From Geobacter sulfurreducens PCA (GTDB lineage Bacteria > Desulfobacterota > Desulfuromonadia > Geobacterales > Geobacteraceae), in assembly GCF_000007985.2 (NCBI RefSeq), contig NC_002939.5:2100001-2132000 (forward strand): 32,000 nt of DNA, written 5' to 3'. The notes under the pieces were generated by a model. The model did not search any database. It was given only the letters and a program-made list of their open reading frames with translations, and was not told where the DNA came from. Each line of letters starts with the position of its first letter. Position 1 is the first letter of the stretch. Position numbers and translations under genes: made by a program. This document shows, piece after piece, positions 16,739 through 24,637 of the stretch.

Positions 16739-17755
16739 TCAACCTTCGAGCGAAACGTCACCTGCCAGAACCCGCTCCAGAGAACCTCCGGCGGTTCTTA
16801 CCAACAAGGCTCCGATTTCATCTATCCCTTCAACCGTACCGGCGAGGATACCAGCACCACCATCGACCTTCACCCGCCGGCCCATGACGGCGCTACGGGC
16901 GAGCCAGGCATCGCGCACGGGAGAGAACCCCTTCAGTAAATACTCATCGTACAGGCGATCCAGTGATTCCAGCAGCGCCCTGACAAACGGAATGCGCTCC
17001 ACGGTCCGCCCCGCCTCCAGGGCCAGTGAGCTGGCCGGATAGCGAAGATCGCCGGGAAACTGGTCCCGCTCCATGTTGATGTTGACACCGATCCCCAGGA
17101 CGAGGTACTCAACCCGCTCCGTTTCGGCGCTCAACTCATTGAGCATTCCCGCCACCTTGAAGCCGTTCACCAGGATGTCGTTGGGCCACTTGATGGCGGG
17201 AACAAGCCCCGAAGTGCGCTCGATGGCCTCGGCCGTTGCCACGGCCGACAGGAGGGTGAGTTGAGGTGAATGAAGCGGCGATATGGGAGGACGGAGGATT
17301 ATCGAGCAGTATACATTTACCCCCGGCGGTGATTCCCAGCGCCGTCCCAGTCGGCCCTTGCCGCCGGTCTGGGCGTCAGCCAGCACCACGGTCCCCTCGG
17401 CAGCGCCTTCGGCAGCCAGGTGCGATGCCACGGTATTGGTAGACACCGTTTCCCGGAAACAGACCACATGGGTGCCGATCCGGCGCACCGAGATCCCTGC
17501 GGAGACCTCGGCCGGGATGAGGATGTCAGGAGAGGCCACGAGACGGTAACCGCGGGAGGGGACCGACTCGATGCGGTAGCCCAGATTTTTGAGGTTTTTG
17601 ATGTGCTTCCAGACGGCGGTTCGCGAAACACCCAGCAGAGTGCTCAGGGCCTCACCGGAGACGACCCCCCCCGAACGGCTCCGGAACAGCTCCAGGATCT
17701 TCCGATCCATGTCCCGCTCGGTCGCCTCGGCAGGGCGTGGGCGCTCTCCGCTCAC
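16739..17755 (-). CDS. birA: bifunctional biotin-[acetyl-CoA-carboxylase] ligase / biotin operon repressor
   Basis: N-terminal wHTH (LSTLLGVSRTAVWKHIKNLKNLGYRIESVPSRGYRL). Ligase motif QTGGKGRLGRRWESPPG. The GTG at 17755 overlaps the nadC stop (GTGA). The ATG at 17710 (MDRKILELF) is an alternative start. Confidence 0.85.
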   Translation of the reverse strand: MSGERPRPAEATERDMDRKILELFRSRSGGVVSGEALSTLLGVSRTAVWKHIKNLKNLGYRIESVPSRGYRLVASPDILIPAEVSAGISVRRIGTHVVCFRETVSTNTVASHLAAEGAAEGTVVLADAQTGGKGRLGRRWESPPGVNVYCSIILRPPISPLHSPQLTLLSAVATAEAIERTSGLVPAIKWPNDILVNGFKVAGMLNELSAETERVEYLVLGIGVNINMERDQFPGDLRYPASSLALEAGRTVERIPFVRALLESLDRLYDEYLLKGFSPVRDAWLARSAVMGRRVKVDGGAGILAGTVEGIDEIGALLVRTAGGSLERVLAGDVSLEG

Positions 17756-18582
17756 TCGGCCTCCAACAGCATGGAGATGTCCATGGCACGCGCCGAGTGG
17801 GTCAATGCTCCCACCGAAATAATATCGACACCGGTTTCGGCTATTCCCCGCACCGTCTCCAGGTTTACCCCTCCCGACGCTTCCACCAGAGCCCGGCCTG
17901 CGATGAGGCCGACCGCCCTGCGCATGGCATCCAGGTCCATGTTGTCCAGCATAATGATGTCGGCCCCGGCCTCCAGTGCCTCGGCAACCTCTTCAAGGCA
18001 TTCGGTTTCCACCTCGATCTTCATGGTGTGGGGGATGTAGGCCCGGGCCCGGCGGACCGCTTCGGTAATCCCGCCGGCAGCGGCAATATGGTTTTCCTTG
18101 ATGAGAACACCGTCGTACAGGCCGGTCCGGTGGTTGATGCCCCCGCCAAGGCGCACCGCGTGCTTGTCCAGAACTCGAAGTCCCGGCATGGTCTTGCGGG
18201 TGTCTACAATACGGGCGCCGGTTCCGGCCACCGCCTCCACATAACGGGCGGTAAGCGTTGCAATGCCGCACATGCGCTGAAGAAGATTGAGTGCCACCCG
18301 CTCACCCTGCAACAGCATAGCCGAATCACCGGCCATCTCGGCGAGCAGTGTACCCGTCTCTACCCGTGCGCCATCGGGGAAACGGGCATCGAACCTGATT
18401 GCCGGATCGAGGCGATGGAAAACGCGGGCAGCCACACCGATGCCAGCCAGAACGAGCGGCTCCTTGGCAATCAGGCGGGCGCGGGCCGGACGGGGCTCAG
18501 GGACTACGGAAAGGGTCGTGATGTCGCCGGTATGGATATCTTCCTGGAGGGCGTTGTCGATAATGGGATCAAGACCGGTCAT
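17752..18582 (-). CDS. nadC: carboxylating nicotinate-nucleotide diphosphorylase (quinolinate phosphoribosyltransferase)
   Basis: I start at the internal Met (ATG 18582-18580), giving a 276-aa protein MTGLDPIIDNALQEDIHTGDITT... of normal NadC length. Downstream motifs include DTRKTMPGLR. The 76-codon upstream extension in the track ORF has no family counterpart. Confidence 0.85.
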   Translation of the reverse strand: MTGLDPIIDNALQEDIHTGDITTLSVVPEPRPARARLIAKEPLVLAGIGVAARVFHRLDPAIRFDARFPDGARVETGTLLAEMAGDSAMLLQGERVALNLLQRMCGIATLTARYVEAVAGTGARIVDTRKTMPGLRVLDKHAVRLGGGINHRTGLYDGVLIKENHIAAAGGITEAVRRARAYIPHTMKIEVETECLEEVAEALEAGADIIMLDNMDLDAMRRAVGLIAGRALVEASGGVNLETVRGIAETGVDIISVGALTHSARAMDISMLLEAE

Positions 18583-18638
18583 GCCGGAGTACCTCGCTTG
18601 GGCTCCGCGCGCTTCAGACACGCAGGTAAATTGAGCCT

Positions 18639-18667
18639 TATATAGCACAGGACGCGGAACCCCGCAA
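18639..18667 (-). promoter_or_regulatory. candidate sigma70 promoter for nadC-birA-coaX
   Basis: Minus strand: TTGCGG (18667-18662), 17 nt spacer, TATATA (18644-18639). Confidence 0.3.
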
Positions 18668-18738
18668 CCGCAAAGAGGGCGCGCCATCACGCGGTTTACG
18701 GCGGTGCGTGGGCCATTGCTTCTGCAGAGAGCCAGTCG

Positions 18739-18767
18739 TTGACTTACCACCCCCTCTGGACTAAAAT
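18739..18767 (+). promoter_or_regulatory. sigma70-type promoter for the HAMP-GGDDF gene
   Basis: TTGACT (18739-18744), exactly 17 nt spacer, TAAAAT (18762-18767). It lies about 35 nt upstream of the ATG at 18801, with a GAGAGG RBS between. Confidence 0.5.
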
Positions 18768-18800
18768 GAGCTGTTTTTCTCATCAGAGAGGCGCCATTCA

Positions 18801-20111
18801 ATGCCCACATTCCAGCGACGCTTCAGCATCGTCCAGAAGTTGATCGCCAGCTACGCGGTCGTCATATTCCTCACGACAGCGGCACTGGTCTTCGCTTTGC
18901 TGGGTCTCTACTCCCAAAACAGGACCGCAAAGGAAATAGCCCGAACCGACCTGTTCGTCATCAGCGCCACGTATCGCCTTCGCGAGTCGCTCAGCGCCCA
19001 GGACCGCTTTGCCGGACGCTACCTGATCCTCAAAAGCGATGAATTCAAGGATCTTTTCAACCAGCGCCAGAGCGAATTCATGACAATTCTCGGCGAATTG
19101 GGGAGACGGGGCAACGATCAGCCCTTCCGCGACCTGGTTGCCAGCTATGAAAGGTATCGGCAGGCCACCGAAAGCATCTTCGCCACCGGCAACGGCGATC
19201 CCCTGGCCGCCAAAAAAGACTCGGACGAAGTTGCCGCCCGTATCGACGCCATCTCGGCCCTGCGGCGCGCCCTCCTCGATCAGAAGCTGGCCGAAGCGGA
19301 CCGGCGCGAATCGGCAACGGTGCGGCTGGCCCTGATTCTGGCCTTTTCGGGTTTTATCCTCGCCCTCACCGTGGCCTCGTTGACCGTCCATTCAATTTCG
19401 ACCGCCATTACCAAACTCAAAAAGGGGATGCACCGGATCGCCGAGGGGGACTTTGATTACGATCCCCAGTTGCCGGCCGGAGACGAAATCGGCGCTCTGG
19501 CCGGCGACTTCGTCCGCATGGGGAAAAAGCTGAAGGAACTGGAACAGATGAGCCTCGACGCCAGCCCTCTCACGAGGCTTCCGGGTAACATCGCCATCGA
19601 ACGGGTCCTCAACCGACGGCTCCAGTCGGGTGAGCCCTTTGCGGTCTGCTACGCCGATCTGGACAATTTCAAGGCGTTCAACGATCATTACGGGTATATA
19701 AAAGCAAGTGAAGTGATAAAATTAACGGCAGAACTGATCCACGACACGGTCCGGCAAATGGCGGGGGGCGATGCCTTCGTGGGACACGTGGGGGGCGACG
19801 ACTTCGTCATGGTGGTGGCTTCCGACAAGGGTGGGCCGGTGTGCGAACATGTCATCACCCGCTTCGACGACTTCATCCGCCAGCATTACAGCGCAGAGGA
19901 CCTGGCCAAAGGTGCCATCGAGGGGGTCGACCGCTACGGCGTACCGCGCACCTTCCCCATCATGAGCATTTCAATCGCCGTGGTCATCTGCAGCCGCGAG
20001 GAATTCGCCTCAGCCGTTGATATCGCCAAAGCGGCCGCTGATATCAAAGACTTGCTGAAAAGCACGCCGGGAAGCAATTACCTTATCAACCGGCGCAAAG
20101 GAAAACGATGA
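18801..20111 (+). CDS. membrane sensor: TM - helical periplasmic domain - TM - HAMP - divergent GGDEF-family domain (GGDDF)
   Basis: TM1 LIASYAVVIFLTTAALVFALLGL, TM2 VRLALILAFSGFILALTVASLTV. HAMP (ITKLKKGMHRIAEGDF...IGALAGDFVRMGKKL). GGDEF fold: LTRLPGN..., YADLDNFKAFNDHYGY, HVGGDDFVMVV. Confidence 0.85.
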   Translation: MPTFQRRFSIVQKLIASYAVVIFLTTAALVFALLGLYSQNRTAKEIARTDLFVISATYRLRESLSAQDRFAGRYLILKSDEFKDLFNQRQSEFMTILGELGRRGNDQPFRDLVASYERYRQATESIFATGNGDPLAAKKDSDEVAARIDAISALRRALLDQKLAEADRRESATVRLALILAFSGFILALTVASLTVHSISTAITKLKKGMHRIAEGDFDYDPQLPAGDEIGALAGDFVRMGKKLKELEQMSLDASPLTRLPGNIAIERVLNRRLQSGEPFAVCYADLDNFKAFNDHYGYIKASEVIKLTAELIHDTVRQMAGGDAFVGHVGGDDFVMVVASDKGGPVCEHVITRFDDFIRQHYSAEDLAKGAIEGVDRYGVPRTFPIMSISIAVVICSREEFASAVDIAKAAADIKDLLKSTPGSNYLINRRKGKR

Positions 20112-20635
20112 AATTTCGCCTGCTCGCGGCTGTCCTGATCCTGATCCTGCCGACCGGGTGCGCTCCCGTACGCAAAGTCGTGACGGATATTCGGCAACGT
20201 TCAGCCCAGGAAGAGAAGTTGAGCCTGGCGGTGGAACTCATCGCCCGGGGGCGAATCGACAACGCCACAGTGCTTCTCGACGCCATCATCATCGAAAAGC
20301 CGGTCCGCGGCGTCACTGACGAAGCCCTTTTCCGCCTGGCACTGCTCCGGCTGCCCAGCGAACCCCGCACCGGAGACATCGCCAAGGCCACAAAACTTCT
20401 GGACCAACTGCAACGCGACTATCCCGACAGCCCCTGGGCCCACCAGGCCCTTCCCCTCAGTGACTTCATCGCTGAAATCCCAGCCCGCATCGAAGCAGCG
20501 GGCGAACTGCGCCGCCAGATCAAATCACTGCGTGACCTGAACCTGTCCCTGACCAGGGAAAACAAGGAACTGAGACTCAACCTGGAAAAACTCAAGACCC
20601 TTGACCTGGAGTTGGAGCGAAAGCTCAAACCGTAA
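20108..20635 (+). CDS. probable lipoprotein with TPR-like N-terminal half and C-terminal coiled coil
   Basis: The start overlaps the upstream stop (ATGA). Signal peptide plus Cys: MKFRLLAAVLILILPTGC. The C-terminus ELRRQIKSLRDLNLSLTRENKELRLNLEKLKTLDLELERKL is heptad-like. Confidence 0.65.
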   Translation: MKFRLLAAVLILILPTGCAPVRKVVTDIRQRSAQEEKLSLAVELIARGRIDNATVLLDAIIIEKPVRGVTDEALFRLALLRLPSEPRTGDIAKATKLLDQLQRDYPDSPWAHQALPLSDFIAEIPARIEAAGELRRQIKSLRDLNLSLTRENKELRLNLEKLKTLDLELERKLKP

Positions 20636-20706
20636 AATTGTGTCAGTTTTTCCGTCAAAACCAAGGAAAACACCTCCATTAGTGTAAACATTTTCGACAC
20701 CCCATT

Positions 20707-20719
20707 CATCAACGACTTA
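20707..20719 (+). promoter_or_regulatory. IHF-like site upstream of the sigma54 promoter
   Basis: cATCAAcgacTTA matches WATCAANNNNTTR except at the first base. It lies about 55-65 nt upstream of the -24 element. Confidence 0.2.
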
Positions 20720-20770
20720 TATCACCAATATAACCAGCTGAAATAGCCAGTATTTTAAAGATTAACATTC

Positions 20771-20786
20771 TGGCACCCTAGTTGCT
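20771..20786 (+). promoter_or_regulatory. sigma54 (RpoN) -24/-12 promoter
   Basis: TGGCAC cctag TTGCT is a perfect match to TGGCAC-N5-TTGCW. It sits in an AT-rich 240-nt intergenic region, about 90 nt upstream of the ATG at 20877. Confidence 0.7.
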
Positions 20787-20876
20787 TTTTCTATTAATCA
20801 GGGAATATACAGCCATACGTAATGACGTGAACTCAATAGGTATGCTGCCGGTAACGCAACCTGGAAACGGCCAACC

Positions 20877-23240
20877 ATGACCCTCGCCGAAGAAAACCTG
20901 CGCCTCTTCGAGAAGAAGTTCGCGATCCTTCAGGAAATTTCGAACGCGCTCGTCGTTACCGACAATATCAGCGCCATCGCCAACCTGATGCTCGATCTGG
21001 CAGTGAACTATACGAGGGCGGAAAAAGGCTCACTCCTGCTTCTCAACGAGCGGGATGAGCTTTTCATCCTTGCCGGCCGCGGTATAGACCTTCAGCTCAT
21101 GAGGACCTACCGGGCAAGGCTCGGTGAAGGGATTGCCGGCATTGTCGCCAAGGGTCGCGTCCCCATCCTGGTAAAGGACATCGACCAGGATTCCCGTTTT
21201 CAGGGAATGACCCGCGACCGGTACAAGACACCCTCGTTCATCTCATGTCCCATCGTCAGCAAGGATCGGCTGCTGGGCCTGCTCAACATCAACGACAAGG
21301 CTGACGGCACGCCGTTTCTCGATGACGAATTCTCTCTCATAAAGATCATTGCCAACCAGGCGGCCATTGCCCTGGAAAACGCCATGCTGGTCAACCAGTT
21401 GCGGTACAAGGCGGGTGAGCAGGAGGGAATCAATCGCAAGCTCATTGAAAGCGATGTTACCAAGACCGAATTCATCACCCGTGTGTCCCACGAGTTGCGC
21501 ACCCCCCTCAATTCCATCAAGGGCTCCGTCTACTATCTCCAGCAATCGGACCGGCTCACCCGGTTGGAACAGCAGGAGTTCTACGACATCATTGCCACCG
21601 AGACCGACAAGCTCATCGCCATCGTTGAAAATCAGCTTGATTTCCTCCGCTTCGAAGATGAAACCATGATCGTCACCAAGACCGTGGTCAGTCTCAAGGA
21701 GGTTCTCAACGAAGTCCTCGGATCAAAAAACCTCAAAACGTTCCTGGCCCGCAAGAATATCACCGTCGATATCAAGATCGCCGAGGAGACATCGGACATC
21801 GTCGGCGACAAGGTGCGAATCGTCCAGTTTTTCCTGAATATCATCGAAGGACTCTGCCACTTCCTTGAGCGGGGCGATGCAGTGACCGTAATGGTGGGCG
21901 AAAATGACAACGTGGAGGTTTCGATCCAGCTCCCGCGCCAGATACCTGAAGCAATCCTCCCCTTCCTTTTCAGCTCCAGTCACATCTTCCAGGCCACTCA
22001 GCCCGATGAAAAGCTGAAGCTCTATCTTGCCCGCAAGGTGGTGGACCTCCACCAGTGGGAGTTGGTCGCGGAGAACGGGGAGCAGGGTCTCATCGTCAAT
22101 CTGGCGATCCCCAAGAGTACCCGGCAGAAGGTCGACGCGGTCATGAACAACACCATCGAGATGTTCCTGGAGTTCATCGCGGAAGTGCTCGATCTCAACA
22201 TCTGCTCCATCATGCTGTGCGACGATATCTCCGGCGACCTGGTCATCAAGAGTGCCCGAGGGCTTGAAGATTATCTCATCAAGCAGACGCGGGTGCGGCT
22301 GGGCGACCGGATCGCCGGTTGGGTGGCTCTGGAAGGGAAACCGCTCTTCATCGAAGATATCGAGAAAGATCCGCGGTTCGGCAGAAGAAACATTTCCCAG
22401 TACAACAACAAATCCCTCATCTCGCTCCCTCTCAGGGTCGGCGGCAAGGTCATCGGCGTGCTCAACCTCAACAACAAGCGCACCGCAACCCCCTTCACCC
22501 GGCGTGACTACCAGGTGGCCTCCCTTCTGAGCGAACGGGTATCATACTTCATCGAGCGACTTCATGCCGGCGAACACCATGAGGATAATTTCCGCAACTT
22601 CATGACGTCGTTCGACAACCTGATCACGGCCGAGAAGAAGTATCACAAGAAGGATTCGATCCTGCCGGAACTTACGGTACGGATCATGGAACGGCTGGGT
22701 GCCGGAGAGGATATGTGCAGGGTAGCGCTCTATGCGTCCATGCTCTACGACCTGGGACTCGTGGTGATGGAAAAGAGCATCCTCAACAAACGGGAAACGC
22801 TCCTGCCGGCCGAACGCAACAGCCTCAAGGTCCATCCCTACACCACGGTCGGGCTGATTAATGCCATCGAGTTTTCCGAAGAGGTCAAGCGCGGCATCCT
22901 CCACCATCATGAGCACCTTGACGGCACCGGATACCCCGATGGTCTCCAGGGGGACGACATCCCGCTCATTTCGCGCGTCCTGGCAGTGGTCGACTCCTTC
23001 TGCGCCATGACGTCGGATCGCCCATACCGCAAGCGGGTACCCGTCCGGCACGCGCTGCAAGAACTCAAAACAAAAGCGGGGACCGTGTACGATCCCCGCG
23101 TCGTGGATGCCCTTGAAGCCGTTCTGGAGACTCAGAGGGAACAGGCCAAAGAAACCGGCCATGAACCTAAAGGTAAAACCGGTAACGGGTCTCGGGCCGC
23201 AGGCGACAAAAAGAAAGAGCCCCTGTCAATGCACCCCTGA
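20877..23240 (+). CDS. GAF - HisKA(H-box) - degenerate HATPase - GAF - HD-GYP-type domain signalling protein
   Basis: H-box FITRVSHELRTPLNSIKG. The region where G1/G2 should lie reads QLPRQIPEAILPFLF and KLKLYLARKVV, with no DxGxG or GxGLG. There are two GAF-like regions. The C-terminus HHHEHLDGTGYPDGL...VVDSFCAMTSDRPYRK is HD-GYP type, but LYDLGL stands where LHDIGK is expected. Confidence 0.85.
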   Translation: MTLAEENLRLFEKKFAILQEISNALVVTDNISAIANLMLDLAVNYTRAEKGSLLLLNERDELFILAGRGIDLQLMRTYRARLGEGIAGIVAKGRVPILVKDIDQDSRFQGMTRDRYKTPSFISCPIVSKDRLLGLLNINDKADGTPFLDDEFSLIKIIANQAAIALENAMLVNQLRYKAGEQEGINRKLIESDVTKTEFITRVSHELRTPLNSIKGSVYYLQQSDRLTRLEQQEFYDIIATETDKLIAIVENQLDFLRFEDETMIVTKTVVSLKEVLNEVLGSKNLKTFLARKNITVDIKIAEETSDIVGDKVRIVQFFLNIIEGLCHFLERGDAVTVMVGENDNVEVSIQLPRQIPEAILPFLFSSSHIFQATQPDEKLKLYLARKVVDLHQWELVAENGEQGLIVNLAIPKSTRQKVDAVMNNTIEMFLEFIAEVLDLNICSIMLCDDISGDLVIKSARGLEDYLIKQTRVRLGDRIAGWVALEGKPLFIEDIEKDPRFGRRNISQYNNKSLISLPLRVGGKVIGVLNLNNKRTATPFTRRDYQVASLLSERVSYFIERLHAGEHHEDNFRNFMTSFDNLITAEKKYHKKDSILPELTVRIMERLGAGEDMCRVALYASMLYDLGLVVMEKSILNKRETLLPAERNSLKVHPYTTVGLINAIEFSEEVKRGILHHHEHLDGTGYPDGLQGDDIPLISRVLAVVDSFCAMTSDRPYRKRVPVRHALQELKTKAGTVYDPRVVDALEAVLETQREQAKETGHEPKGKTGNGSRAAGDKKKEPLSMHP

Positions 23241-23253
23241 CCTGACATCCCTC

Positions 23254-24621
23254 TTACCCACTTATCCCGTGTTTTTTCATCAGGTCGTAGATAGTTGGCC
23301 GGCTGATCCCCAACTCCTCGGCTGCTCGGGCAATGTTCCCCTTGCACCTTGATATGGCCTCGCGTACCATCTCACGCTCAACTCGATCCCGTGCCTCACG
23401 GAGCGATACGCCCTCCAGCGATGTGGATGCCCTCGGTATCGGCCGTTCGGTGAATCCCAGGTCATCCGGCTCGATAATCGGCGACGCTGCCATGAGCACG
23501 GCCCGCTGGACCTTGTTCTCCAACTCCCGCACGTTGCCGGGCCAGGCGTAGGCTTCGAGATATTCACGCGATGTTGAGCTGAACCCCTTGGTCTTCTTGC
23601 GCAACTCAATCGAAAATCGTTTCAGGAACAGATTCGCCAGGAGCATTACATCTTCTCCCCGGCTTCTGAGGGGAGGCAGGGTGATGGAAACCACACCGAT
23701 CCGGTAGAACAGGTCTTCCCTGAAGGTCCCCTCGGCCATGGAGCGGGCGATGTCAACATTAGTGGCAGCCACGATCCGGGCATCAACGGCGATGTCCTCC
23801 CTGCCGCCGACCCGCTGGATAACCTTCTCCTGCAGAAAACGTAAAAGCTTTACCTGAAGATTAAGCGGTAACTCTCCGATTTCGTCGAGGAACAGGGTCC
23901 CTTTGTGGGCGTACTCGACCTTCCCCAGCACTCGATTGAGGGCGCCGGTGAACGCCCCCTTCTCGTGTCCGAAGAGCTCCGCCTCCAGAAGGTTTTCAGG
24001 GATGGCGCCACAGTTGATGGGAATAAACGGCCCGTCCTTGCGCAGACTCATGGCGTGGATCGCCCGGGCCACCAGTTCCTTGCCCGTGCCGCTCTCGCCG
24101 TGGATCAGTACCGAGATATCGGAAGCCGCTACCTTGCGGATTGTGGAAAATACCTGCTGCATCTCGGGACATTGGCCGACAAACCCCCTGAATTCAGTGG
24201 AGCCGCCGTCCAGCGCACTCTGGAGGCGCCGATTCTCCTCCTCCAACGTCTGAAGGTGGAACGCCCGCTTCACGATCACCTTCAACTCGTCGAGATTGAT
24301 CGGTTTCTGATAAAAATCGTAGGCCCCCAGTTGAACCGCCTTGACCGCGTTTTCCCTGCCATCGTTGCCGGTAATGACGATTACCTTCACATCGGGAGCG
24401 ATGCGCAGCATCTCCTCCAGACAGCGGAACCCCTCCTCGGAGCTATCCTCATGGGGTGGCAGCCCCAGGTCAAGGGTAACCACCGTCGGCCGCTGTTTGC
24501 GAAAAACATCAATGGCCTCCCGGGCATCGGCCGCCAGGAACAGCGTGTACTCCTTGCCGATGCCCCATTTCAGCTGTTTGCGAATATCTTCGTTGTCGTC
24601 GACGATCAGCAGTTTTTCCAT
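23254..24621 (-). CDS. prsR: sigma54-dependent response regulator (REC - AAA+ sigma54 activator - Fis HTH), PEP-CTERM-box regulator PrsR type
   Basis: I start at the internal Met (ATG 24621-24619), preceded by an AGGAG RBS. REC domain MEKLLIVDDNEDIRKQL...DLGLPP. AAA+ motifs GESGTGKE, GAFTGA and ESELFGHEKGAFTG-like. C-terminal HTH AAEELGISRPTIYDLMKKHGI. It lies immediately downstream of a PrsK-like kinase and next to PEP-CTERM genes. Confidence 0.8.
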   Translation of the reverse strand: MEKLLIVDDNEDIRKQLKWGIGKEYTLFLAADAREAIDVFRKQRPTVVTLDLGLPPHEDSSEEGFRCLEEMLRIAPDVKVIVITGNDGRENAVKAVQLGAYDFYQKPINLDELKVIVKRAFHLQTLEEENRRLQSALDGGSTEFRGFVGQCPEMQQVFSTIRKVAASDISVLIHGESGTGKELVARAIHAMSLRKDGPFIPINCGAIPENLLEAELFGHEKGAFTGALNRVLGKVEYAHKGTLFLDEIGELPLNLQVKLLRFLQEKVIQRVGGREDIAVDARIVAATNVDIARSMAEGTFREDLFYRIGVVSITLPPLRSRGEDVMLLANLFLKRFSIELRKKTKGFSSTSREYLEAYAWPGNVRELENKVQRAVLMAASPIIEPDDLGFTERPIPRASTSLEGVSLREARDRVEREMVREAISRCKGNIARAAEELGISRPTIYDLMKKHGISG

Positions 24622-24637
24622 GGAATCTCCTACCCCC

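Noticed and set aside
17665-17672. C8 (G8 on the gene strand) homopolymer inside birA; also the T8 run on the gene strand at 11339-11346 in the GTPase gene
   Set aside because: birA is a housekeeping gene where phase variation is implausible, and 8-nt runs are not remarkable in a 32-kb GC-rich window. Noted only for completeness.
18583-18810. 76-codon N-terminal extension of the nadC ORF
   Set aside because: The extension would overlap the divergent promoter and start of the HAMP gene. NadC proteins are about 275-290 aa, and the internal Met gives a family-typical N-terminus.
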